A stretch of 64,000 nucleotides of DNA from NCBI GenBank assembly GCA_937879955.1, contig CALFMK010000003.1, positions 12,581 to 76,580 of the forward strand, in the 5' to 3' direction. Positions 47,507 through 58,020 of this stretch are shown here, in pieces. The notes beneath the pieces were generated by a model. It saw nothing but the letters and a program-made list of their open reading frames with translations, made no database searches and was not told where the DNA came from. The DNA comes from an uncultured bacterium (GTDB taxonomy: Bacteria; Patescibacteriota; Minisyncoccia; Phycocordibacterales; Phycocordibacteraceae). Position 1 is the stretch's first letter, and each line of letters begins with the position of its first letter. The position numbers were made by a program, and so were the translations under genes.

Positions 47507-48505
47507 ATGACCGACCTTTCAGATATCGCACGCTCCCTCCTCGCTCCTGGGAAGGGCGTCCTCGCTGCCGACGAATCCGACGCCTCGGCGGACGAGAAGC
47601 GCCTTGCACCCTACGGCATCAAGACCGGGCCTGAGATGCGCCGCAAGTTCCGCGACATGCTCCTGGCCACGCCCGGCATCGAGACGTATCTCACCGGCGT
47701 GATCCTGTACAAGGAGACTCTCACGCAGAAGGCCGACGACGGGACGCCGTTCCCGACGCTCCTCTCGTCCCGCGGCATCATCCCGGGCATCAAGGTGGAC
47801 GAAGGGCTCGAACCCTTAGCTGAGAGTCCGGACGAGTCGATCACGAAGGGGCTCCTCGGATTGCCTGAGCGCCTCGCGGAATACCGCTCTAGCTATGGAA
47901 CCGGCTTCACGAAGTGGCGCGCCGCGATAAAGATCGACGGGGACCGCCTGCCGTCCAGCCGCGCGCTCGTCGAGAACGCGAAGCGGCTCGCCGCCTACGC
48001 ATGCGAGGTGCAGCGCGCAGGCATGGTGCCGATACTCGAGCCGGAGGTACTCCTCCAGGGGAAGCACAGCAGGCTCCGTGCGCGCGCCGTGATGGCAGAG
48101 ACGTTCAAGGCGCTCTTCGATGCGCTCAACGAGCAGTGCGCCGACATCTCAGGCGTGATACTCAAGACCTCGATGGCGCTCTCCGGAAGCGAGAGCGGAC
48201 GCATCGATACGCCTGAGGAGGTCGCCATGGATACGGTAGCCGTGCTCATGGAGACCGTGCCGACGGATCTCGGCGGCGTCATCTTCCTCTCGGGCGGACA
48301 GACGCCGGACCAGGCGACGGATAACCTCGCTGCGATAACGAAGCGTGCGCGGGAAGCGAAGGCACCATGGCCCCTCACGTTCTCGTATGCTCGGGCGCTC
48401 CAGGAGGAGGCGCTCGCTATCTGGAAGGGAGAGGATGCGAACGTACCGGCTGCGCGTGAGGCGTTCCTCGCGCGCCTCGAGAAAGTGGCTCATGCCGTAC
48501 GCTGA
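47507..48505 (+). CDS. Fructose-bisphosphate aldolase class I
   Basis: GKGVLAADES, GIKVD, KWR, PILEPE, FLSGGQ, FSYARALQ. Confidence 0.93.
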   Translation: MTDLSDIARSLLAPGKGVLAADESDASADEKRLAPYGIKTGPEMRRKFRDMLLATPGIETYLTGVILYKETLTQKADDGTPFPTLLSSRGIIPGIKVDEGLEPLAESPDESITKGLLGLPERLAEYRSSYGTGFTKWRAAIKIDGDRLPSSRALVENAKRLAAYACEVQRAGMVPILEPEVLLQGKHSRLRARAVMAETFKALFDALNEQCADISGVILKTSMALSGSESGRIDTPEEVAMDTVAVLMETVPTDLGGVIFLSGGQTPDQATDNLAAITKRAREAKAPWPLTFSYARALQEEALAIWKGEDANVPAAREAFLARLEKVAHAVR

Positions 48506-49022
48506 TACAGCTCGTCGCGGATTCACCCTCATAGAGCTCCTCGTGGTGATCGCCATCATCGGCATCCTCTCATCCGTCGTACTCGCGAGCTTGAACGCGG
48601 CGCGCGGACGGGCGAACGACGTGCGGCGTGCACAGGACCTGCGTCAGATACAGAGAGCGATAGAACTCTATGCTGATGAGAACGGGCATTATCCGAACTC
48701 TGGCGCTACCTACGCTGCCTTCGATGCGCCGAATTACCGCGGGAACCCGATCATATCTCCGAACGCCGCGAATATCGCGGAGGCGCTCGCACCATATATA
48801 GGTAAGATTGGGGACCCGGGGCCAGTCACGGCCGACGCAGGCTACCTCTACCGGGGAGGCGGGAACGACTACTGTGTGCTCATCTATAAGACGCCGCAGG
48901 ATATGCGGAATTTCAGCGCTGGCATGGTTCCGGCGCGGTGCACTGGTGTGACCGGAAGTCAGTGCAATTCCGGCATCAATGCCATCTATGTGGGCGTAGG
49001 CGCGCACGCTGCCGGCTGCTAG
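48492..49022 (+). CDS. Type IV pilin/pseudopilin 3
   Basis: RRG|FTLIELLVVIAIIGILS. ATG 48492 overlaps the end of the aldolase gene. Confidence 0.88.
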   Translation: MPYADTARRGFTLIELLVVIAIIGILSSVVLASLNAARGRANDVRRAQDLRQIQRAIELYADENGHYPNSGATYAAFDAPNYRGNPIISPNAANIAEALAPYIGKIGDPGPVTADAGYLYRGGGNDYCVLIYKTPQDMRNFSAGMVPARCTGVTGSQCNSGINAIYVGVGAHAAGC

Positions 49023-49074
49023 GAGCATCCGCATCCTTGCGTGAGCGGGGTATTTCAGGCATACTCCTTCCACT

Positions 49075-49716
49075 ATGCAGCACCGCCTCACCGTTTCCCC
49101 TCGCACCGTCGTGGGCAAGACCTCTATCAGCCTCAGCAAGGAAGGGAAGCTTCCTGCGGTCGTCTACGGCCCGAAGCAGGACCCTATCTCCGTCAGCGTC
49201 GAGCTCACCGAGTTCCAGGCGCTCCTTCGCCATGGCGGCGAGTCCGCGCTCATCGAGCTCGCAGGCCTCGAGAAGCCGATGCAGGTCCTCATCCATGACC
49301 TCGACCGCGACCCGGTGACCCACGTCCCTCGCCACGCGGACTTCTTCGCGGTTGAGAAGGGCGCGAAGGTCACGGTCTCCGTGCCGCTCGCGTTCGTCGG
49401 CGATTCCGCGGCCGTGAAGGCAGGTGCGAATCTCGTGAAGGTCCTCCATGAGGTCGAGATCGAGTCCGACCCTACGAAGCTCCCTTCGGAGATCGAGGTA
49501 GACATCTCGAAGCTCGAGGCGGTGAACGACCAGATCCACGTCTCTGACCTCAAGGCACCGAACGGCGTCGAGATCCTCACGCCAGCGGAGGAGGTCGTCG
49601 CGCTCGCGCAGGCCGTCGAGGAAGAGACCGACGAGTCGTCGGCAGGTCCTGATATGGATGCCATTCAGGTAGAGAAGAAGGGCAAGGGCGAGGAGGGAGA
49701 CGAGTCCGCTTCCTAA
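49075..49716 (+). CDS. rplY: 50S ribosomal protein L25/Ctc
   Basis: PAVVYG, HADF, VPLAFVG, acidic tail. Confidence 0.92.
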   Translation: MQHRLTVSPRTVVGKTSISLSKEGKLPAVVYGPKQDPISVSVELTEFQALLRHGGESALIELAGLEKPMQVLIHDLDRDPVTHVPRHADFFAVEKGAKVTVSVPLAFVGDSAAVKAGANLVKVLHEVEIESDPTKLPSEIEVDISKLEAVNDQIHVSDLKAPNGVEILTPAEEVVALAQAVEEETDESSAGPDMDAIQVEKKGKGEEGDESAS

Positions 49717-49721
49717 GCAGC

Positions 49722-49767
49722 TTATAAAGAAGAGCCCGCGGCAAGTGCCGCGGGCTCTTCTTTATAA
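49722..49767. terminator. 22-bp-stem hairpin terminator
   Basis: TTATAAAGAAGAGCCCGCGGCA-AG-TGCCGCGGGCTCTTCTTTATAA. Confidence 0.8.
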
Positions 49768-49848
49768 CGATCGTCCATAGCGAACAGGCCACAGGGCAAT
49801 CCCCATAATCCGAAGAGTATATGCTCTATGAGAGGTATACTGGATTTC

Positions 49849-50829
49849 ATGAGCGAGACATCTACCCCGACCTATCGCGTTCCTGGTTCCAAGGAGCCTC
49901 GCAGCTCTCTTTCGAAGCGAACCCTTCTTATCATAGGTGCGATCGTGCTCTTATTCGTCGTAGTGGCCTCCTTGCCTACGGTCACGCGCCCGTTCCGCGA
50001 TGCCAATAGCGCTCGCACGATCGGAGCGATCTTCCCGAACGCGGAGTTCTTCAGCGATTATCCGGACCGGACGGACATATACGCCATCGAGGACGGGAAA
50101 TTCGTGACGCGCGCCTCTGGCCCGCTCGTCATCGCGAGCGTCATGACGGAGGCGGGGACCTTCCGTATCGTGCGCGCCGCGGACGGACTGTTCGAAATCC
50201 GGAAGGGCGATCATCTCCTCCTTACCTCGAAGTTCCCGCTCTCGGGCCTCGACGCGTCTCCTGACGGTACGTACCTGACCTATGCGCAGCAGTCCGAAAG
50301 CGTCCCTCCTCGTATCATCGATGGCAGGCTCATACCGTTCGAACGGTTGAAGACCAGTGAATGGCACACCATCGTGCTCGAGGTGGCGACGAATGCCGGG
50401 TTCGACATGGGGGAGGGCGTCCAGCCGTTCTTCGTGGACGAGACGCATATCGTGCGCACAGCGCCTCTGGGTATCTACGCGTCGGACATAAAGACCGGCG
50501 AAGCTACGCTCCTCCTCGAGAAGCCGTTCGCGTTCGTGTCTCTCGTACCGCTCGTGTCGCCTGACAGGACGCGCATGGGCGCGCAGATAGATGACAGCAA
50601 GAACGTGTCCGTCTTCAAGGTGTCGCTCGATGGCGCCGAAGAGATAGCATCGATCCCGCTCATCGACCGCGTGACGTCCTACGTGCTCGGGAACGCGGAG
50701 CTCTACATGCTGCGCACGGAAGCGTTCGGCACCGAGGTATGGCGGCAGCCGTTCGAATCCGGGGCGAGCGCGACGCTCGAGGGCGACCTTCCGGAGATAT
50801 TGCACATGACGCGCATAAGCAACACATAG
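49849..50829 (+). CDS. Membrane-anchored protein, probable beta-propeller (TolB-like)
   Basis: N-terminal TM; SPDGTYL and SPDRTR blade-like motifs. TATACT lies upstream of ATG 49849. Confidence 0.6.
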   Translation: MSETSTPTYRVPGSKEPRSSLSKRTLLIIGAIVLLFVVVASLPTVTRPFRDANSARTIGAIFPNAEFFSDYPDRTDIYAIEDGKFVTRASGPLVIASVMTEAGTFRIVRAADGLFEIRKGDHLLLTSKFPLSGLDASPDGTYLTYAQQSESVPPRIIDGRLIPFERLKTSEWHTIVLEVATNAGFDMGEGVQPFFVDETHIVRTAPLGIYASDIKTGEATLLLEKPFAFVSLVPLVSPDRTRMGAQIDDSKNVSVFKVSLDGAEEIASIPLIDRVTSYVLGNAELYMLRTEAFGTEVWRQPFESGASATLEGDLPEILHMTRISNT

Positions 50830-50833
50830 ACCT

Positions 50834-52222
50834 ATGAAGAAGCATCAGACACTCATCGCGCTCAAGCCCGTCTTCGCACCGGCCGGTATCCTTGCTGTAT
50901 CGGCGGCGATCGCCATCGCAATCATCTTCCCGTCGCTGCAGGCGTTCGCAGGGTCGTTGCAGTACACTGGGTCGAGCTCATACGTTAATCCGATCGTGAC
51001 CTGCGGCTATGCGTATAACGGTTGGAGCATAGATGAGATTGATACGAACACGTGCGACGACTTCACATGCGACGCGTCCAATAACGGGCGCGGCTGCCAG
51101 ATCATCACCGAGACCGGTACGGTACCGAGCGGCAGCATCGGTTGCGACAACTCGACCGGCTGCGCAGGCGGCGGCATGTACGACCACGTCTGTCGCGTCG
51201 ATTCCTACACCTGCGTTCATCAGACGTGTACCCCGAACAGTTCCTGTGCCGCGAACACCTGCAATACCGGCACCTGCTCGGATTCCTGCGGCAACGTCTA
51301 TGCAGGCACCAAGGATTGCTCGGTGCCATGTACCGCCTCCAATTCCTGCGGCCAGTCCAACAGCGGAACGATGGTGAACGGCGTCTGCAGCGCGAGCGCG
51401 CCGGCGAACCCTGCCGGCTATGGCAACTCCTGCAGCTCAGGCGCGAACTCCTGCGGCATGGTCAACTACGGCAGCATCCAGTGCAACGGAACCTGCTCGG
51501 CATCGACCCCGTCGAACTCGCTGTGCCCGACCCAGCCGACCTGCGTCTCATACCAAGGCCAGTCCTGCTCGGCATCGAACTCCTGCGGCAACCAGACCAA
51601 TTACGGCACATACCAGTGCAACGGCTCCTGCTCCGCCTCGACCCCGTCCGACAGCTCCTGCCCGGCGGCGCCGAGCCCTAGTGTCTCCTGCACCGCCTCC
51701 GCCACGAGCGTCTCCGTGGGCGGCAGCGTCACGTACTCCGCGAATCCGGCAGACGGCGCCTCGAGCCCGTACACCTGGACCGCCGGCGACGGCGGAAGCT
51801 ACGGGTCCGCGTCTACCGCCACCCGCACCTTCTCAACCGCCGGCACCTACGCCATGAACGTCCGGGGCACCAACACGAGCACCTCGTACTGCCCGAACGT
51901 CACCGTTACGAGCGCCGCCGGCGGCTGGTGCACCAGCGCCACCCCGGCCCTCAGCATCACGGCAGGCGCTACGCGCGTGAAGATGGGGCAGAGCACCACG
52001 ATCTCCTGGAGCGCCTCGGGCGTTAACGGCCAGAACGCCTCCTGCACTGTCACGGGACCAGGCGTGGCCTGGACCTCGGCGGTCTCCGCCTCGCCGTCCT
52101 GCAGCGTGCCGTCGAGCTCCTCCTCCGCCACCATCACGGGCCAGAGCACCTATACGCTCACCTGCGGCAGCCAGAGCAAGAGCGTGACGGTTAACGTTAT
52201 CCCGAACTTTACGGAGTTCTAA
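50834..52222 (+). CDS. Secreted Cys/Ser/Thr-rich repeat surface protein with PKD/Ig-like C-terminal domains
   Basis: Signal or TM segment; repeated CxxxNSCG...G...NGxCSASxP; SPYTW, YTLTC, C-terminal VIPNFTEF. Confidence 0.75.
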   Translation: MKKHQTLIALKPVFAPAGILAVSAAIAIAIIFPSLQAFAGSLQYTGSSSYVNPIVTCGYAYNGWSIDEIDTNTCDDFTCDASNNGRGCQIITETGTVPSGSIGCDNSTGCAGGGMYDHVCRVDSYTCVHQTCTPNSSCAANTCNTGTCSDSCGNVYAGTKDCSVPCTASNSCGQSNSGTMVNGVCSASAPANPAGYGNSCSSGANSCGMVNYGSIQCNGTCSASTPSNSLCPTQPTCVSYQGQSCSASNSCGNQTNYGTYQCNGSCSASTPSDSSCPAAPSPSVSCTASATSVSVGGSVTYSANPADGASSPYTWTAGDGGSYGSASTATRTFSTAGTYAMNVRGTNTSTSYCPNVTVTSAAGGWCTSATPALSITAGATRVKMGQSTTISWSASGVNGQNASCTVTGPGVAWTSAVSASPSCSVPSSSSSATITGQSTYTLTCGSQSKSVTVNVIPNFTEF

Positions 52223-52240
52223 TCGCGCTCCGTTACATGG

Positions 52241-52274
52241 AAGAGCCTCGTCGCGTAAGTGCGACGAGGCTCTT
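52241..52274 (+). terminator. Intrinsic terminator
   Basis: AAGAGCCTCGTCGC-GTAAGT-GCGACGAGGCTCTT. Confidence 0.7.
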
Positions 52275-52302
52275 TCGTCTTCTGGTATACTGATACCTCA
52301 TC

Positions 52303-53637
52303 ATGAAGCGCGCACTGCTTGTCCTTTCGATACTCGCCCTCGTCGCAAGCGTCGTCCCGGCGGCGATCTACGCGCAGGAGCTCACCGGAGAGGAACGCGC
52401 CAAGCTCGAGCGTCAGCTCGCCGATCTCGAGAAGGAGATGCAGAAGACCCAGGCGACCATCGACGGGCTCGCGAGCGAGGGAGAGTCATTGAAGCGCGAC
52501 ATCGCCATCCTCGACGGGGAGATCAAGAAGGCGAAGCTCCAGGTGCAGACCACGGAGCTCGAGATCAAGGCGCTCTCCGCCGGCATCCAGGTGCACGGAC
52601 GCACCATCGGCACGCTCTCTGAGAAGATGACGCGCGAGCAGCAGTCGCTCGCCCAGATCCTGCGCCGTACCGACCAGATCGACGACGTGTCGCTCGTCGA
52701 GGCCGTGCTCAGTAACGGCGACCTCTCCGACGTGTTCGGCGATCTCGACACCTTCGCATCCATCAAGCAGGCCATGCGCATCTCGTTCGAGGACCTGCGC
52801 GCTACGCGCATCGAAACGGAGAAGGAGAAATCCGGCCTCGAGAGCCAGCGCACCGACCAGGAGATCCTCCGTAGCGCGCTCGTGCAGAACCAGAAGCAGG
52901 TTGAGTCCAAGGAAGCCGAGAAGCAGACCTTGCTCGCGCAGACCAAGGGCCAGGAGAGCATGTACCGCCAGCTGAAGTCGGTGCAGGAGCAGACGGCCGC
53001 GCAGATCCGCGCGAAGCTCTTCCCGCTGCGCGACACGGAGGGCATCCAGTTCGGCCAGGCGGTGGAGTACGCGAAGGTGGCGTCGAAGGTCACGGGCGTC
53101 CGTCCGGCGATGATCCTCGCGATCCTCTCGCAGGAGTCTGACCTCGGCAAGAACGTCGGCCAGTGCCTCATCACGAGCCTCGAGACGGGCGACGGGAAGG
53201 GGAAGAACACGGGCACCCCGTTCCCGGGCACCATGAAGGCGCCGCGCGACACCGTGCCGTTCGAGCAGATCATGAAGGCGGCAGGACGTGACTGGTCCGC
53301 GACACCGGTATCGTGCCCGCTCCCAGGAGGCTACGGCGGCGCGATGGGTCCGACGCAGTTCATTCCGTCCACGTGGGCCATGTACGAGGCACGCATCGAG
53401 TCCGCGCTCGGCGTGAAGGCCGCTGATCCCTGGAACGCGCTGCATGCTATCACCGCCACCGGCCTCTATCTCGCCGACGTTGGCGCTGCCGGAGGGACCT
53501 ATCTTGCCGAGCATACGGCCGCCGCGAAGTACTACGCGGGAGGGAACTGGGCCACGAGCGGACAGGCATATGGGACGAGCGTGATGAACAAGGCTGCCGC
53601 CTTCCAGAAGGACATCGATTTCTTGAGCGCGAACTAG
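52303..53637 (+). CDS. Secreted coiled-coil protein with lytic transglycosylase (SLT/MltB-like) domain
   Basis: Signal peptide, long coiled coil, ILSQES, GAMGPTQFIPSTW, DPWN. Confidence 0.85.
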   Translation: MKRALLVLSILALVASVVPAAIYAQELTGEERAKLERQLADLEKEMQKTQATIDGLASEGESLKRDIAILDGEIKKAKLQVQTTELEIKALSAGIQVHGRTIGTLSEKMTREQQSLAQILRRTDQIDDVSLVEAVLSNGDLSDVFGDLDTFASIKQAMRISFEDLRATRIETEKEKSGLESQRTDQEILRSALVQNQKQVESKEAEKQTLLAQTKGQESMYRQLKSVQEQTAAQIRAKLFPLRDTEGIQFGQAVEYAKVASKVTGVRPAMILAILSQESDLGKNVGQCLITSLETGDGKGKNTGTPFPGTMKAPRDTVPFEQIMKAAGRDWSATPVSCPLPGGYGGAMGPTQFIPSTWAMYEARIESALGVKAADPWNALHAITATGLYLADVGAAGGTYLAEHTAAAKYYAGGNWATSGQAYGTSVMNKAAAFQKDIDFLSAN

Positions 53638-53702
53638 TCCCTACAGAAATCCTTTATAGAGGGTGTCGCCTGTGCCGAGCCGTACGGGGTTCCATGGAGC
53701 AG

Positions 53703-53731
53703 TTGCCTGGGTTTGTCGCCTCTGGTATAGT
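53703..53731 (+). promoter_or_regulatory. sigma70 promoter of rpmE2
   Basis: TTGCCT-17 nt-TATAGT, 9 nt before the ATG. Confidence 0.6.
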
Positions 53732-53740
53732 TTCCGGGCA

Positions 53741-53995
53741 ATGAAGAAAGACATCCATCCAGCCGACTACCGACAGGTCCTCTTCGAGGACATGTCCTCG
53801 GGCGCCCAGTTCCTCGTGGGATCCACGATCCGTACGAACGAGACCGGGACCTATGAGGGCAAGGAGTACCCGAAGCACGTGATCGAGATTTCGAGCGCGT
53901 CCCACCCGTTCTACACGGGCGAGGACCGTACCCTCGACAAGACCGGCCGCGTCGAGCGCTTCAAGCAGCGCGTCGCAGCCGCGAAGGCTAAGTAA
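53741..53995 (+). CDS. rpmE2: 50S ribosomal protein L31 type B
   Basis: MKKDIHP, EISSASHPFYTG, GRVERF; no Cys. Confidence 0.95.
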   Translation: MKKDIHPADYRQVLFEDMSSGAQFLVGSTIRTNETGTYEGKEYPKHVIEISSASHPFYTGEDRTLDKTGRVERFKQRVAAAKAK

Positions 53996-54005
53996 GGTCG
54001 GCCAT

Positions 54006-54042
54006 GAAAGGAGCGGAGACACCCAGTGTCTCCGCTCCTTTC
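54006..54042 (+). terminator. Intrinsic terminator
   Basis: GAAAGGAGCGGAGACAC-CCA-GTGTCTCCGCTCCTTTC. Confidence 0.75.
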
Positions 54043-54072
54043 TGTACCCCCGCTCTCTGATACCATACTCCC

Positions 54073-55029
<957 letters not shown>

Positions 55030-55066
55030 GTCCTGCGCCGTCTCTGGGCGCGCTATACTCTTCGTA

Positions 55067-55555
55067 ATGAGACTGCGCGCGAAAGGCTTCACCTTGATCG
55101 AGCTCCTCGTGGTTATCGCCATCATCGGCATCCTCTCGTCGGTCGTGCTCGCGTCCCTGAACAATGCGCGCGCGAAGGCGCGGGATGCGGAGCGTCTTTC
55201 CGATATGCAGCAGGTCGTGAGAGCGCTCGAACTCTATGCCAATGACAACGGAGGAAACTACCCGGTTGCTGGGAGCTGGATGGGCGTCTGCTCGAACTTC
55301 GGTAGCAAGGGAACGTCGGGCGCGAACGGCTGGGTCCCGAACCTCGCGCCGACCTACATGCCCGAGCTTCCCGTAGACCCGAAGCCCGTTGGTACGAACG
55401 GGTGCTATCTCTACAAATCCACCGGCACGGACTACATGCTGCTCGTCTACCTGACCATCGAGTCCTACACCTCGACCACGAACCGGTGGAAGCGGCCGGG
55501 CTACCCGAACGAGCCGGATTTCGCGTTCTATACCCCAGGCGCTTCTACGTGGTAG
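55067..55555 (+). CDS. Type IV pilin/pseudopilin 4
   Basis: KG|FTLIELLVVIAIIGILS, LPVDP, CYLY. Confidence 0.9.
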   Translation: MRLRAKGFTLIELLVVIAIIGILSSVVLASLNNARAKARDAERLSDMQQVVRALELYANDNGGNYPVAGSWMGVCSNFGSKGTSGANGWVPNLAPTYMPELPVDPKPVGTNGCYLYKSTGTDYMLLVYLTIESYTSTTNRWKRPGYPNEPDFAFYTPGASTW

Positions 55556-55574
55556 GGCATTGTACTATTTGCTT

Positions 55575-56057
55575 ATGAGACCCCGCGGCTTCACCCTCAT
55601 CGAGCTCCTCGTCGTCATCGCCATCATCGGCATCCTCTCATCCGTCGTGCTCGCGTCCCTTAATACCGCTCGCGGGAAGGCGAACGACGCCCGCAGGCTC
55701 CAGGACCTCCAGCAGATCGCGAAGGCGCTCACCATCTACCGCATCGACAACGGGAAGTTCCCGGACCCTGCAGGCTGCTACAGCGTCACGAAGAACGCGA
55801 ATGAGGCCTACGGGCTCGACAATACGACCGCGATCATCCCGAATTTCATAGGCACCTACATGTCTTCCGTGCCGGGCGATCCCGTGTACTCCTCTCTCGG
55901 AAGAGGAGGGAATTACATGTACTTCAACCAGAATGGCGGGAATAGCGTGACTCTCTGGGCCATCCTCGAATCTTCGGCCGGGAACGGCACTACGTCCCCG
56001 GGCCTCTGCGGGACTACGAAGATCTATAACTACTACCTGACGGTCCCGGGAGCCTAG
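55575..56057 (+). CDS. Type IV pilin/pseudopilin 5
   Basis: MRPRG|FTLIELL, VPGDP. Start moved to ATG 55575. Confidence 0.9.
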   Translation: MRPRGFTLIELLVVIAIIGILSSVVLASLNTARGKANDARRLQDLQQIAKALTIYRIDNGKFPDPAGCYSVTKNANEAYGLDNTTAIIPNFIGTYMSSVPGDPVYSSLGRGGNYMYFNQNGGNSVTLWAILESSAGNGTTSPGLCGTTKIYNYYLTVPGA

Positions 56058-56066
56058 CACTTACGT

Positions 56067-56573
56067 ATGAACAGCATGCCGATACTGACGCATTCGAATC
56101 GCTTGAAAATGGGCTTCACCTTGATCGAGCTCCTCGTCGTCATCGCGATTATCGGCATCCTCTCCTCAGTTGTGCTTGCGAGCCTGAACACTGCTCGCGC
56201 CCGTGCTCGCGATAATGCTCGCATCTCGGCGCTCCGAGAGGTCCAGAAGGCGCTCTCGCTCTATTATCTCGACAATGGGGCCTATCCCTCGACCGGCGGA
56301 GGCTGGTACGGATCGAATCCGAGCTGTTACGGAGGGTATGGGGATGCGGCTGCGCCTGGGCTCGTTCCTACCTATATCAGCCAGATGCCCATAGAGCAGA
56401 AGCCGCTATCAGGCTCTTCCTGCTATCTCTATCGCTCGGACGGTACGAATTACAAGTATATGGCGCACATAAGCATGGAAACCTGCGCAGCAGGATCCTG
56501 CCCCCTCCAGGATCCTTCGAGGACCACCCAGGTCACGTCTTCGGTATATAGCGAGGGAGGGGCAGGGTTCTAG
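56067..56573 (+). CDS. Type IV pilin/pseudopilin 6
   Basis: KMG|FTLIELL, CYLYRSDG. C-terminal half resembles pilin 4. Confidence 0.9.
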   Translation: MNSMPILTHSNRLKMGFTLIELLVVIAIIGILSSVVLASLNTARARARDNARISALREVQKALSLYYLDNGAYPSTGGGWYGSNPSCYGGYGDAAAPGLVPTYISQMPIEQKPLSGSSCYLYRSDGTNYKYMAHISMETCAAGSCPLQDPSRTTQVTSSVYSEGGAGF

Positions 56574-56625
56574 CCCTGCCGGGGCCATTGTACGGCGGAA
56601 ATGCGTGTGATATAGTCGGGAAATC

Positions 56626-57339
56626 ATGACTGAAGCAACCCAGACCGCAGCACAGAGCGGCCCAGGCGTCGAGCGTCTTTTCGGCGCTGGCGCTCATTTC
56701 GCACAGGTAAAGAGCCGTCGTCACCCGACGATGCGCCCGTTCGTACTCGGCGCTAAGAGCAATGTCGAGATCTTCGACCTCAAGAAGACCGACGAGCAGC
56801 TCGCGAAGGCCAAGGAGGTGATGAGCGCGATGGCGCGCGATGGTAAGGTCGTCCTCATCGTCGGCGGGAAGCGCGAGGCACAGGATGCCGTGAAGGCGGC
56901 TGGCAAGCGCCTCGGCGTCGCCTACATCGCTGGCCGCTGGCTCGGCGGAACCCTCTCCAACTTCACGGAGATCAAGAAGCGCATCGACCGCCTCGCGGAC
57001 CTCTCCGCGAAGCGCGATTCCGGCGAGCTCGCGAAGCTCTACACCAAGCTCGAGCGCGTGAAGATTGACCGCGAGATCGACAAGCTCACGCTCCGTCTCT
57101 CGGGCGCGACCAGCCTCACGCGCCGTCCTGACATGATGATCATCGTCGACACCAAGCACGAGGGCCATGCATCCCGCGAGGCTCGCTCGCTCGGCGTACC
57201 GGTCATCGGCATCATGAGCTCCGACTGCGACCTCAAGGACGCGACCTACCCGATCGTCGTCAACGACGCATCCCGCGACGTGCTCTCGCTCGTCCTCGGC
57301 GAGCTCGCTTCCGCCTACGAGGCTGGCCTCAAGGGCTAA
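56626..57339 (+). CDS. rpsB: 30S ribosomal protein S2
   Basis: GAHF, RWLGGTLSNF, EAR.LGVP, NDAS. Confidence 0.95.
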   Translation: MTEATQTAAQSGPGVERLFGAGAHFAQVKSRRHPTMRPFVLGAKSNVEIFDLKKTDEQLAKAKEVMSAMARDGKVVLIVGGKREAQDAVKAAGKRLGVAYIAGRWLGGTLSNFTEIKKRIDRLADLSAKRDSGELAKLYTKLERVKIDREIDKLTLRLSGATSLTRRPDMMIIVDTKHEGHASREARSLGVPVIGIMSSDCDLKDATYPIVVNDASRDVLSLVLGELASAYEAGLKG

Positions 57340-57401
57340 CGAAACCGCGCGACAGCGTGTGCAGGGCGCTCTATATACTCTAGAACCTTAACCTGATACC
57401 C

Positions 57402-57983
57402 ATGGAAATCTCTCTCGATACCGTCAAGATCCTCCGCGACAAGACCGGCGTCTCTATCATGCAGTGCCGCAAGGCGCTCGAAGAGGCCGAGGGCGATATG
57501 GACAAGGCCGAGGTCATCCTCAAGAAGCGCTCCGGCGCGGCTGCGGACAAGTCGGCGGATCGCGAGCTCGGTGCGGGCAGCATCGGGACGTATGTCCATG
57601 ACGGCGTCGTAGGCGCGATGGTGCTCCTCTCGTCCGAGACCGACTTCGTGTCGAAGAACGCGGAGTTCGTGGACCTCGCGCGCGCTATCGCGATGCACAT
57701 CGCCGCGACCAACCCTTCCGTCCTCACAAGCGACGAGATCTCGGAGAGCGCGAAGGCCGCCGCCATGTCGATCTTCAAGGAGGAGGTGAAGGACAAGCCT
57801 GCCGAGATGCAGGAGAAGATCCTCGAGGGTAAGATGGCGTCCTACTTCAAGGACCAGGTGCTCCTCGACCAGGCCTACATCCGCGACGAGTCGAAGACCA
57901 TCCGCGACCTCCTCAACGAGGCGACCCACAAGTTCGGCGAGCGCGTCGTGATATCGAAGTTCGCGCGCTTCTCCGCTCGCTAA
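57402..57983 (+). CDS. tsf: Elongation factor Ts (short form)
   Basis: VKILRDKTGVSIMQCRKAL, SETDFV, IAMHIAA. Confidence 0.95.
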   Translation: MEISLDTVKILRDKTGVSIMQCRKALEEAEGDMDKAEVILKKRSGAAADKSADRELGAGSIGTYVHDGVVGAMVLLSSETDFVSKNAEFVDLARAIAMHIAATNPSVLTSDEISESAKAAAMSIFKEEVKDKPAEMQEKILEGKMASYFKDQVLLDQAYIRDESKTIRDLLNEATHKFGERVVISKFARFSAR

Positions 57984-58020
57984 TCCTGAAGGCCGGAACA
58001 GTCCGGCCTTCTCCCGTATC

